A stretch of DNA of 64,000 bases, taken from assembly GCA_019695115.1 (NCBI GenBank), contig JAIBAP010000017.1, positions 8,416 through 72,415 of the forward strand, read 5' to 3'. Numbering within the stretch: position 1 is the stretch's first letter; every line of letters begins with the position of its first letter. Positions 54,554 to 64,000 of the stretch are shown piece after piece. This DNA comes from Caldilineales bacterium. GTDB lineage: Bacteria; Chloroflexota; Anaerolineae; J102. The position numbers were made by a program, and so were the translations under genes. A model generated the notes under the pieces. That model made no database searches. It was not told where the DNA came from and saw only the letters and a program-made list of their open reading frames with translations.

Positions 54554-56683
54554 CTATTTGCCCACGCTCTGCAATTCCTCCGCGTCCTCGGCGGCGACGG
54601 TGTAGGGCGCCGGGCTGCTGGATTGGACGAGGTTCTTGGTCGTGGCAACGCCGGTGAAGCCGTCGAGGTCGGCGACATACCACCAGCCTCCTGTTCCGCT
54701 GCCAGGCACCGTCCAGGTGTTCACCAGATACGACCCCAGGTAATAGCGCATCACGGCGCCCGTGCCGGCGATGTTGCCGCTTGGTGAGAAGCGATAGACG
54801 CCGACCTTGTAGACGCCGTTGTAAGGCCGGGCGATGACGATATTCTCCGGGCCATAGCCATTGGCATCATCTACGTCCAGGTTCGCCCATGGGAAAGCCG
54901 TCTGGCTGCCCCTGGCGCTGTAGTAGACATGGGAGGGATTCGAGCTGGGCAGCCAGAGATGGCTGTCGAGATCGGCGGGCGCAGCGCCCCACGTCAGCGT
55001 CAACTTGGGCTTGTAACCATAATCGATGGTGTTTTGGAACGCCGCCGCCCGGAAGATGCGCAGGTCATAGCCGCGGCCCTGCCAGGCGCTCCAGAACTGG
55101 CTGAAGGTGTTATCGTCCTGGTTGAAGAAGGTGGCCCAGATGCGGCTGAAACCATCGCTATAGCGGTCGTACCCGTCGCTGGTGCTATCCATGATATCCA
55201 GCAGGGTTCCGGCCACACGGCCTTCGACGCGTTCGCCATTATCCCAGCCGCTTGTAAACCACGATGGCGTTGCCAGGTTGAGATTGGCGCCGCCCGGCCA
55301 GCGAAAGCTGGTGTCATTCAAGACCGCGAGGGCGAAGAAGTCTGCCCATCCTTCCGTCCAACCGCAATTCGTGCCGCCGATCTTATCGATATAGTGCGGG
55401 CTGACGCAGTCATTGGTCGGGAAGCTGGCATAGGCGTTGTTCATGACATTGTGACCGTACTCGTGAACGATCACGGTCGCTACGTCGTCCAACTGTCCGC
55501 CCCGCAGATGGATGTGACCGCCGGGATAATAGCAGGCGGTGCAGCCGGAGTTCTCGGTGGGCGCCCATTCGACGATCGAGCCACCAGGCTGGTTGGGCGG
55601 GTACAGGAAGGCTGTGTCCAGGTCGACGATCCCCCAATAGGCTTTGTTGCGCGCATCCGAGGATGGCCGGGTGAAGTTCCAGGTGCCGACGCTGCGTGTG
55701 CCGTCGCTAAAGACATAGCGTGTTGTCTCGCCCCAGTAGGCATCGGTCCAGACGCTGCCGCCGATGCGGACCATCATCAACTCGAAGTTGTTCGGCGACC
55801 ATTTGGTATAGGCGCGCGCCCGCACCTTGACGCCCGCCGAGCCGGGGTTGCTGACGCCGGGAAAGGTGAAGTTGCCCGACCAATCGGTGTAGGCCCAGGC
55901 CAGGTGGCTGTTGTTGTCCCCACGCACCAGTTGCATCAAGATATTGGGCAGAGCCACCAACGAGCCGGCGCGATTGTAGTACATCCAGCGTCCGGTCACC
56001 ACCAGCGTGCCTTCGCTGGCCTGGGCGCTCAGGTCGGGTTGGGCGTTCAGGTCGAGCGCCTGTGGTTCGGGCGCGACCATAACCTCATCGCCCTCGCTTT
56101 CGGCCTGTTGCGCGGTCGCTTCGTCGGTGACAAGCGAAGCATCGCCCGCCTCGAGCTGCTCGACGCTCGTCCGCCGCGAGTCGCCGCCTACCTTATCCAG
56201 CCCGGCGGCGCCGATTTCGGGATCGACATTGAAATAGGCATAGGAGACGTTGCTGTAGGAGACGTCTGCGCTCTCCGTCGCCAGCACACGGCCCCTGACC
56301 CCCCAATTGCCCACCTGGTTGAAAACGATGGTGGCAGAGAAGGTGGTTGGCTCGGCGGCCCTCAGGCTGCCCGACCACTGCGTCTGGCCGTCGATCAGCG
56401 TGGCTCCGGCGGGCAGTTCCAGGTCGGCGATGACATTGGCCATATCTGCAACGGCCAGAAGGGTGGCTACCACGGTGGTTGGCTGGCCGAGGCCAGGATA
56501 GGCCGTGGGGTTCAGGCTGATCTGCACAGGCAGAAGCTCGACATCCGGCTGAATGTCGCCGATAGGGGGGATTGCCTCACCGGGCGGCTGTTCGCCCTGG
56601 GCCAGGGCCAGCGCCGGTAACAGACAAATGGCGATGAACAACAAAGCAAAAGCGACGAGAAAACGGTGGGTTCTGTTTCGCAT
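54554..56683 (-). CDS. Secreted zinc metalloprotease, gluzincin-type (HExxH … ExxxD)
   Basis: Signal peptide FLVAFALLFIAICLLPALALA. VIVHEYGHNV plus downstream …TEGWADF… (ExxxD). ATG at rc 56681-56683. Confidence 0.7.
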   Translation of the reverse strand: MRNRTHRFLVAFALLFIAICLLPALALAQGEQPPGEAIPPIGDIQPDVELLPVQISLNPTAYPGLGQPTTVVATLLAVADMANVIADLELPAGATLIDGQTQWSGSLRAAEPTTFSATIVFNQVGNWGVRGRVLATESADVSYSNVSYAYFNVDPEIGAAGLDKVGGDSRRTSVEQLEAGDASLVTDEATAQQAESEGDEVMVAPEPQALDLNAQPDLSAQASEGTLVVTGRWMYYNRAGSLVALPNILMQLVRGDNNSHLAWAYTDWSGNFTFPGVSNPGSAGVKVRARAYTKWSPNNFELMMVRIGGSVWTDAYWGETTRYVFSDGTRSVGTWNFTRPSSDARNKAYWGIVDLDTAFLYPPNQPGGSIVEWAPTENSGCTACYYPGGHIHLRGGQLDDVATVIVHEYGHNVMNNAYASFPTNDCVSPHYIDKIGGTNCGWTEGWADFFALAVLNDTSFRWPGGANLNLATPSWFTSGWDNGERVEGRVAGTLLDIMDSTSDGYDRYSDGFSRIWATFFNQDDNTFSQFWSAWQGRGYDLRIFRAAAFQNTIDYGYKPKLTLTWGAAPADLDSHLWLPSSNPSHVYYSARGSQTAFPWANLDVDDANGYGPENIVIARPYNGVYKVGVYRFSPSGNIAGTGAVMRYYLGSYLVNTWTVPGSGTGGWWYVADLDGFTGVATTKNLVQSSSPAPYTVAAEDAEELQSVGK

Positions 56684-57031
56684 GAGCGCATGCCTCCCGT
56701 GCATGCGGCGTGTAGACGTGTGTAGAAGGGAAGCGGACAGAGCGATCGTCGATTGAATTGCGGTCATTCAACTCATGTCATAGGCACACCTCATTGGCGA
56801 AGAGATGGAGGCCACGCCCCCACCCAAACCCAGCCGCGACCGACCGACTTGCCCCTTTCCAGACGAAAGGAAAGGCTGAAGGACATGAGATCATCGTCAG
56901 GAAAGCGGGGGCGCGCAGCGCATCGCCGGCAGTATCGATTTACCTGGCGGTCAGGTACATGCACAGCATAGCGAATCTATATTGATGGCGCTGCGACTTT
57001 TGTCACATTATGGCTCAAATCTTGCCCGAAA

Positions 57032-57074
57032 ACAAAAAAAGGCACCCGGCCTGTCACTGGCAAGCCGGGCGCCA
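57032..57074 (-). terminator. Rho-independent terminator of the lipoprotein gene
   Basis: Minus-strand GGCGCCCGGCttgccagtgacagGCCGGGTGCC followed by TTTTTTTGTTTT. Confidence 0.65.
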
Positions 57075-57122
57075 ACGGGATGAGGTCGAGAGGGGTGGGG
57101 CAAGCTGCAAGCGGGACGAGTC

Positions 57123-57548
57123 TTACTTCCCCGCGATCCGATAGCTCCACCCATTCAGATGGCCGTATTGCCCGCCGTAGTCGAACCGGCCGCAGACCCG
57201 CGCCGGGCAGAATTTGGCGGGCGGCGTCCCCACTTCGGTGCAGTTGGGTTCTGCTTCGATCTGGGCTCGTTCCAGCCAGATGGCCGGCTCGGTGAGATAC
57301 AGGGCGCCATCGCGCTCGACCGTATCCTGGCCGAGGGCCTCGACCTCGAAACTGCTCAGATAAACGCCGTTCGTGCAGATGTCTTGACCGGCGTAGGTGG
57401 CGGGCGCCGTCATCAGGTCACCGAAGGGTACATCCGCCGTTGGCGGCGAGGCCGGGGTGGGAGTGGCAGGCGGCTGGGTGGGCGGGGCGGCGCAGGCGCC
57501 AAGCAGGATGATGAGGGGAATCAGATAACCAATCATACGGTGTTTCAT
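57123..57548 (-). CDS. Hypothetical lipoprotein
   Basis: ATG at rc 57546-57548. MKHRMIGYLIPLIILLGAC lipobox. Pro/Thr-rich linker. Four Cys in the C-terminal domain. Confidence 0.5.
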   Translation of the reverse strand: MKHRMIGYLIPLIILLGACAAPPTQPPATPTPASPPTADVPFGDLMTAPATYAGQDICTNGVYLSSFEVEALGQDTVERDGALYLTEPAIWLERAQIEAEPNCTEVGTPPAKFCPARVCGRFDYGGQYGHLNGWSYRIAGK

Positions 57549-57659
57549 GGGGCATAACTCCACAGAAGAGAGCAAAGCACGGATCGGACAGCATCGAACC
57601 ATCGCTTTCCAGACGTCGCTCCTGCTTGCTGGGTTCCGCAACCGCCCATTGAACTGACT

Positions 57660-59510
<1,851 letters not shown>

Positions 59511-59584
59511 ATTCTTTCAGAATGACACAAATAAAAGGAAACACAGATGCTACGTTCCCTGAGAGATCGGCGGCAAAAAACTCA

Positions 59585-59700
59585 AATCGCACCCAGGCGT
59601 ACTCGCTCCGCCATCCACGGAACCCGGAACGCCTCGCACGTAGGCGTGCTCGCTCCACCAGCCACGGAACACGGAACACGGAACACGGAACAAACCTCAC
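59585..59700. repeat. GGAACCC / GGAACAC heptamer array
   Basis: …ccacggaacccggaacgcctcgcacgtaggcgtgctcgctccaccagccacggaacacggaacacggaacacggaacaaacc. Confidence 0.65.
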
Positions 59701-61514
59701 CCCCCCATCAACTCCTGCTCCAACGCCTCCTCGATCTGCGTCTGCACCTCGAAGATGCGGCGGTAGATGCCGTCGGTGTGGGCCAACAGGTCGGCGTGGC
59801 TGCCGCCCTGCACGATCCTGCCCTTGTCCAGCACCAGGATGAGGTCGGCGGTCATCACGGTTTGGATGCGGTGGGCGATGATGAAGGTGCTGCGCCCGGC
59901 CATGAGACGGCTCAACGCCTCCCGGATCTCGCCCTCGGTCTCGGTATCCACCGACGAGGTGGCGTCATCGAGGATGAGGATGCGCGGGTCGCGCAAGAGG
60001 GCGCGGGCGATGGCCACCCGCTGCTTCTGCCCGCCCGAAAGCGTGATCCCCTTCTCGCCCACCAGCGTGTTGTAGCCATCGGGGAAGCTGAGGATGCTGT
60101 CGTGGATGGCGGCGGCCTCGGCGGCAGCGATCACCTCATCCTGCGATACATCTCGGCCAACGCCGTAAGCGATGTTCTCGCCGATCGTGCGCGAGAACAA
60201 GAACGGCTCCTGCTCGACGATGCCGATCTGCGAGCGCAGGAAGTCGCGCGGGTAGTCCTTCAGCTCGACGCCATCCAGCCGGATGCTGCCGGCGGTGTAG
60301 TCGTAGAAGCGAGGCAGCAGATTGACGAGCGAGGTCTTGCCGGAGCCGGTGGAGCCGAGCAAGGCCACGCTCTGGCCGGGCGCGCAGTGGAAGCTGATGT
60401 GGTCGAGCACCGGCGCAGCCGCAGCATCGTAGGCAAAGCTGACATCTTCGAAGGCGATGTCGCCGCGCACAGGCGCCTGCGGCCGATGGCTGCCGGCAGT
60501 CAGCGGCTCCCGCTCCTCGGCGATGATCTCGGAGACGCGCCCGAACGAGACCAGCCCGGTGGAAGCCTGGACGATCAGTCTGCCCAGGTTGCGCATCGGC
60601 CAGATGATCCAGATCAGCATCCCGGCATAGGCCAGATATTCGCCCACGGTGATGCGGCCAGCAATGGCCATGAGGGCGGCGATGGTGAACCCGGCCAGCA
60701 TCTGGGCGCCGCAGAGGATGTCGGAGCTGGGCCAAAACAACGAGTGCATCAGCATCAGCCGCCGGCCCATGCGGAACTTCTGATCGTTCTCGACCTCGAA
60801 CTTGTCGCGTTCGTAGGCTTGCCGGGCAAAGGCTTTGACCACCCGCACCCCGCTCAGATTCTCTTGCAACACGGTCGATAGCCTGGCTTCCTGCTCCTGA
60901 TAGGTTTCGTAGCGATTGGAGACGCGGCGGAAGAAGAAGATGGAGACGACGATGACCGGGGGGATGACGATGATCGAGATCAGGGCCAGCGTCAGGTCGA
61001 GATAGGCGATGGCGAGGAAGTTGACGAAGAAGAGCAGGAGGATGCGGCCCAAGCCGATGGCCTGGTCGGCATAGAAGCGGCGCACGGCCTCCACATCCGA
61101 CGAGCAGCGTTGGATCAGCTCGCCGGTCTGCATGCGATCGTGATAGCTGAAGCTCAGGCGCTGGAGGTGGTCGAAGAGATAGTTGCGCAGCCGTTGGGCC
61201 GTGCGTTCGGCTGTTTCGGCCGACCAGCGCCCGCTGAGGAAGGTGAAAGCGCCTTCGAGCAGCGCCAGGCCGACGAAGCCCAGGCCCACCAGGGCCAGGA
61301 TCTGCCAGCCGACGCCCTTCCCCAGTACATCGTCGACGAAATAGCTCAGCAGCAGGTAGGTGGCGGTCTTGGCCAGCGCGGCCAGCCCCAGCAAGAGGGT
61401 GGCAGCCAGATAGAGGCCCTGGTAGCCGGCCATCAATCGCCATAGCCCGACCAGACGGCGGCGTCCCAGGATATTCTTGAGGTCGAAAGTGGTGCGTTGA
61501 CTGGTGGAGAGCAC
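59697..61514 (-). CDS. ABC exporter, fused permease-ATPase (second half of heterodimeric pair)
   Basis: TM domain then Walker A GSTGSGKTS, LSGGQKQ signature, Walker B LILDDATS. Start probably GTG at rc 61512-61514 (VLSTSQRTTFDLKNILGRRR); the track's longer N-terminus runs through intergenic repeats. Confidence 0.85.
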   Translation of the reverse strand: MLSTSQRTTFDLKNILGRRRLVGLWRLMAGYQGLYLAATLLLGLAALAKTATYLLLSYFVDDVLGKGVGWQILALVGLGFVGLALLEGAFTFLSGRWSAETAERTAQRLRNYLFDHLQRLSFSYHDRMQTGELIQRCSSDVEAVRRFYADQAIGLGRILLLFFVNFLAIAYLDLTLALISIIVIPPVIVVSIFFFRRVSNRYETYQEQEARLSTVLQENLSGVRVVKAFARQAYERDKFEVENDQKFRMGRRLMLMHSLFWPSSDILCGAQMLAGFTIAALMAIAGRITVGEYLAYAGMLIWIIWPMRNLGRLIVQASTGLVSFGRVSEIIAEEREPLTAGSHRPQAPVRGDIAFEDVSFAYDAAAAPVLDHISFHCAPGQSVALLGSTGSGKTSLVNLLPRFYDYTAGSIRLDGVELKDYPRDFLRSQIGIVEQEPFLFSRTIGENIAYGVGRDVSQDEVIAAAEAAAIHDSILSFPDGYNTLVGEKGITLSGGQKQRVAIARALLRDPRILILDDATSSVDTETEGEIREALSRLMAGRSTFIIAHRIQTVMTADLILVLDKGRIVQGGSHADLLAHTDGIYRRIFEVQTQIEEALEQELMGG

Positions 61515-61589
61515 GATAAAACCTGCAACAGGTGATGACAAAACGACGAGGCAGAAAGCCCACACGACCAAGGGCAGAACATTTATTCT

Positions 61590-61752
61590 ACAAGGAAAGG
61601 GGGCGGTTGCCAAGTGGCAGGTCGCAGGTCGCAAGTTGCAGAGCCTGTCCTGAGCACAGCGAAGGATGGCAGAGCCTGTCCTGAGCACAGCGAAGGATGG
61701 CAGGTGGCAGGTTCTTCGTTGATTGTTGACTGTTGATTGTTGACTGTTGAGA
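61590..61752. repeat. Composite repeat: GGTCGCA/GGTGGCA heptamers, 32-bp unit x2, GTTGATT/GTTGACT heptamers
   Basis: caagtggcaggtcgcaggtcgcaagttgcag, then (agagcctgtcctgagcacagcgaaggatggc) x2, then gttgattgttgactgttgattgttgactgttgag. Same families as at 28964-29190. Confidence 0.7.
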
Positions 61753-61852
61753 ATGGTCATGCGACCGGCGCTGTTGTAGGATAGCGCCCGCCGAAACCAT
61801 CGCCGCCGGCGCGGGGCTGGCCGCGCCTTTGACCGATCCGGAGGTTTGACCC

Positions 61853-63205
61853 GTGGAACAGAATGCCCTCGAAAAAGTCCTTAGCCAATTACGAGAGGTG
61901 CTGGAGCGCGACGATCTTCCCGCCGCCGCCGGCATCCTGGAACAGATGCACCCAGCCGACCAGGCCGACCTGTTCGAGGAACTGGCAGAGTCGGATCAGG
62001 TGGCGCTGCTACCCGAACTGGCTACTGAAGACTCGGCCGATATCCTGGAAGAGATGGACGAGGAGCAGGCGGCCGAACTGGTGGCGGCGCTGGATGTGCA
62101 GGATGCCATCCGCATCGTCGGGGAGATGGAGCCGGACGAGGCCGCCGACCTCCTGGGCGATCTGGAGCCAGAGCAGGCCCAAGAGGTGTTGGCGGGCATC
62201 GACGACGCCGATGAGGTGCGGCCGCTGATGCTCCACCCCGACGAGAGCGCCGGCGGCCGCATGACCTCCTCCTTTCTGGCCCTCCGCCGCCGCACCACCG
62301 TCGCCGAGGCGATCGAGGCGTTTCGGCAGTGGCGGCCCAGCGCCGAGACGATCTACTATCTGTACGTGGTGGATCGCTTCGGCAAGCTGGCGGGCGTCGT
62401 CAGTCTGCGCCAATTGCTTTCGGCCCCGCCCGCCGCCCTGATCATGGACATCATGGCGGCGGGGGTGGTGTCGGTGCGGGCTGGCGAAGACCAGGAAGAA
62501 GTCGCCCGACTGCTCCGCCGCCACAACTTCCTGGCCCTACCGGTGGTCGATGCCGATGACAAGCTCCTGGGCGTGGTCACGGTCGATGACGTGATGACCG
62601 TACAAGAGGAAGAGGTGACGGAGGACTTCCAGCGCTTTGGTGGGGCGCAGCCGCTCGACCGCCCCTACCTGAACACCGGCTCTTTGGTAGTTATGCGCAA
62701 ACGCATCGGCTGGCTGCTGTTGCTCTTCCTCACCGAGACGCTCACCGGCAGTGTGTTGCGCCATTTCGAGAGCGAAATCCAGGCGGTCGTGTCCCTCTCG
62801 TTCTTCATTCCCCTGCTCATCGGCACCGGCGGCAATGCCGGCTCGCAGACCACCAGCACCATCATCCGCGCCCTGGCCCTGGGCGAGATCAATCTTGGCG
62901 ACGCCCTGCGCACCCTCAGCCACGAAGTGTTGGCGGGCGTCTTGCTGGGTCTGGTGATGGCCTTGGTCGCCTACTTCCGCGCCCTCACCTGGGGCTCCGG
63001 CCAGCCGCTGGCCCTGACCGTTTCCCTCTCCATCTTCGCCATCGTCGTCTGGGCCAATGGGCTGGGTTCACTCCTGCCCATGCTGGCCGTCCGCCTGGGC
63101 GTCGATCCCGCCCTCGTCTCCGGCCCGGTGATGAGCACGATGGTGGATGCCACCGGGCTGTTCATCTATTTCACCGTGGCGGCGGTCATTTTGGGGCTTT
63201 CATAG
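61853..63205 (+). CDS. mgtE: Magnesium transporter MgtE
   Basis: N-terminal acidic MgtE_N domain, tandem CBS domains, C-terminal five-TM domain with …GTGGNAGSQ…. Confidence 0.9.
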   Translation: MEQNALEKVLSQLREVLERDDLPAAAGILEQMHPADQADLFEELAESDQVALLPELATEDSADILEEMDEEQAAELVAALDVQDAIRIVGEMEPDEAADLLGDLEPEQAQEVLAGIDDADEVRPLMLHPDESAGGRMTSSFLALRRRTTVAEAIEAFRQWRPSAETIYYLYVVDRFGKLAGVVSLRQLLSAPPAALIMDIMAAGVVSVRAGEDQEEVARLLRRHNFLALPVVDADDKLLGVVTVDDVMTVQEEEVTEDFQRFGGAQPLDRPYLNTGSLVVMRKRIGWLLLLFLTETLTGSVLRHFESEIQAVVSLSFFIPLLIGTGGNAGSQTTSTIIRALALGEINLGDALRTLSHEVLAGVLLGLVMALVAYFRALTWGSGQPLALTVSLSIFAIVVWANGLGSLLPMLAVRLGVDPALVSGPVMSTMVDATGLFIYFTVAAVILGLS

Positions 63206-63303
63206 GCAAGACGTTAACCAAAAAAGGAACGCCAGTCTGAAGGCCGTTTCACCGCAGGTGGTTAGACAGGTCGGCGGACCCTATCTGTTTAGCTGTCATA
63301 TCC

Positions 63304-63336
63304 CTTGACAATATTATCGCGTCGTGTTAATATCGC
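63304..63336 (+). promoter_or_regulatory. Near-consensus sigma70 promoter (TTGACA-17-TAATAT) with direct repeats TATCGCGTYGTG (probable HigA operator)
   Basis: TTGACA 63304-63309, TAATAT 63327-63332. 12-bp direct repeat tatcgcgtcgtg / tatcgcgttgtg flanking the -10. Confidence 0.5.
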
Positions 63337-63339
63337 GTT

Positions 63340-63630
63340 GTGATTAAGAGCTTTGTCGACTCAGAAACCGAGAAGGTTTTTCGTGGTAGATTCTCCCGGA
63401 CTCTCCCACATGATATCCAGAGAACCGTGCGACGGAAGCTCATTTATCTGGACGAAGCTGATAATTTGCAGGACTTGCTCGCGCCACCTGGCAATCGGCT
63501 GGAAGCCCTTCAAGGTGACCGATCTGGTCAGCACAGCATCCGCATCAACGATCAATGGCGTATCTGCTTCGTGTGGAAGCAACCCCATGCCTACAACGTC
63601 GAGATCAACGACTATCACTCATTCCCATGA
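63340..63630 (+). CDS. higB: HigB toxin (RelE/ParE superfamily, COG3549 killer protein)
   Basis: 96 aa …FRGRFSRTLPHDIQRTVRRKLIYLD…SIRINDQWRICFVW… HigB pattern. GTG start. Lower GC than the surroundings. Confidence 0.85.
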   Translation: MIKSFVDSETEKVFRGRFSRTLPHDIQRTVRRKLIYLDEADNLQDLLAPPGNRLEALQGDRSGQHSIRINDQWRICFVWKQPHAYNVEINDYHSFP

Positions 63631-63929
63631 CGAATCTACCCCCTGTTCACCCCGGCGAAGTGCTGCTCGAAGACTTCATGAAGCCGCTGGGCCTTAGCCA
63701 GTATCGGGTGGCGATGGACATCGGCGTTACACCATTGCGCATTAGCCAGATTGTGCATGGTAAGCGTGCCATCACAGTCGATACCGCCCTCCGTTTGGCG
63801 CGCTATTTTGGCACCACACCCGGTATTTGGCTGCGTTTGCAGGCCCGTTATGATCTGGAAGTCGCGCAGGAAAAGCTGGCGGATCAGATCAACCGTGAAG
63901 TCAAGGTATTGAGGCCGGTCGCCGCCTGA
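63627..63929 (+). CDS. higA: HigA antitoxin (XRE-family HTH, COG3093)
   Basis: …HPGEVLLEDFMKPLGLSQYRVAMDIGVTPLRISQIVHGKRAIT…ALRLARYFGTTPGIWLRLQ…. ATG overlaps the higB stop (ATGA). Confidence 0.85.
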   Translation: MTNLPPVHPGEVLLEDFMKPLGLSQYRVAMDIGVTPLRISQIVHGKRAITVDTALRLARYFGTTPGIWLRLQARYDLEVAQEKLADQINREVKVLRPVAA

Positions 63930-64000
63930 CTTCCCCGGCGCGACCAGGTAGTTGCCTTCAACGCGCCGGCATGACCATCGGCCCCAACGGCCGCCCGCCC

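Noticed and set aside
61515-61852. Mg2+ (M-box) riboswitch upstream of mgtE
   Set aside because: The region is dominated by heptamer arrays and a 32-bp x2 repeat. I could not recognise the conserved M-box helices by eye, so it is not called. A covariance-model scan (Rfam RF00380) would settle it.

Overview
This is a 64 kb, high-GC (about 68%) bacterial chromosomal segment with about 55 protein-coding genes and one tRNA-Arg(CCG). Calls are made by eye from the six-frame ORF track plus sequence motifs; no database search was possible. The ORF track evidently treats GTG and TTG as starts, so several starts were re-placed by residue counting, and most long antisense or alternate-frame ORFs are GC artifacts. 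The source organism is unknown. A coiled-coil DUF3782-like paralog, a PEP-CTERM protein and the composition suggest a filamentous Chloroflexi-type genome, but that is only a guess. Gene content from 5' to 3': FAD oxidoreductase; Mrp/ApbC; ABC-2 transporter pair; a LacI-regulated sugar ABC importer plus GH127 beta-L-arabinofuranosidase locus; a 1203-aa secreted zincin protease; OsmC; GNAT; adenosine deaminase; UbiD-family decarboxylase; lipoyl E2 acyltransferase; MtaD-like deaminase; SDR; a coiled-coil DUF3782-like protein; CrtI-like oxidoreductase; tRNA-Arg; ManC; HtrA-like protease; polysaccharide deacetylase; a minus-strand block DUF11/PEP-CTERM protein - LonC/YcbZ-like protease - radical SAM enzyme - low-GC small duplicated-motif ORF; MscL; an operon of His-less kinase-like/OmpR-wHTH regulator + Ras-like GTPase + roadblock-like membrane protein + coiled-coil protein; a B12-binding radical SAM enzyme followed immediately by tandem AT-rich elements encoding small Cys-rich peptides; CoxE/XdhC-N/Moco-sulfurase-like accessory genes; a PspC + two LiaF-like toastrack proteins envelope-stress cluster; a Pmp-like beta-helix/cadherin surface protein; a gluzincin protease; a heterodimeric ABC exporter pair; MgtE; and a lower-GC HigB/HigA toxin-antitoxin module. 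The most unusual structural feature is that nearly every intergenic gap carries tandem heptamer repeats arranged as palindromes, in several families (GGAACAC/GGAACCC, GGTGGCA, GTTGATT, GTAGACAA, CTCCAAT, GTAGGGA, GTGAAGC, GGTGCGT, CTTTGTG). The best candidates for undescribed systems are (i) the B12-rSAM + tandem small-peptide ORFs, whose 26-nt motif recurs in front of the ABC exporter pair (possible RiPP-like locus); (ii) the LonC-like protease + rSAM with apparent CX4CX2C spacing + low-GC repeat protein; (iii) the GTPase/roadblock/pseudo-kinase signalling operon.
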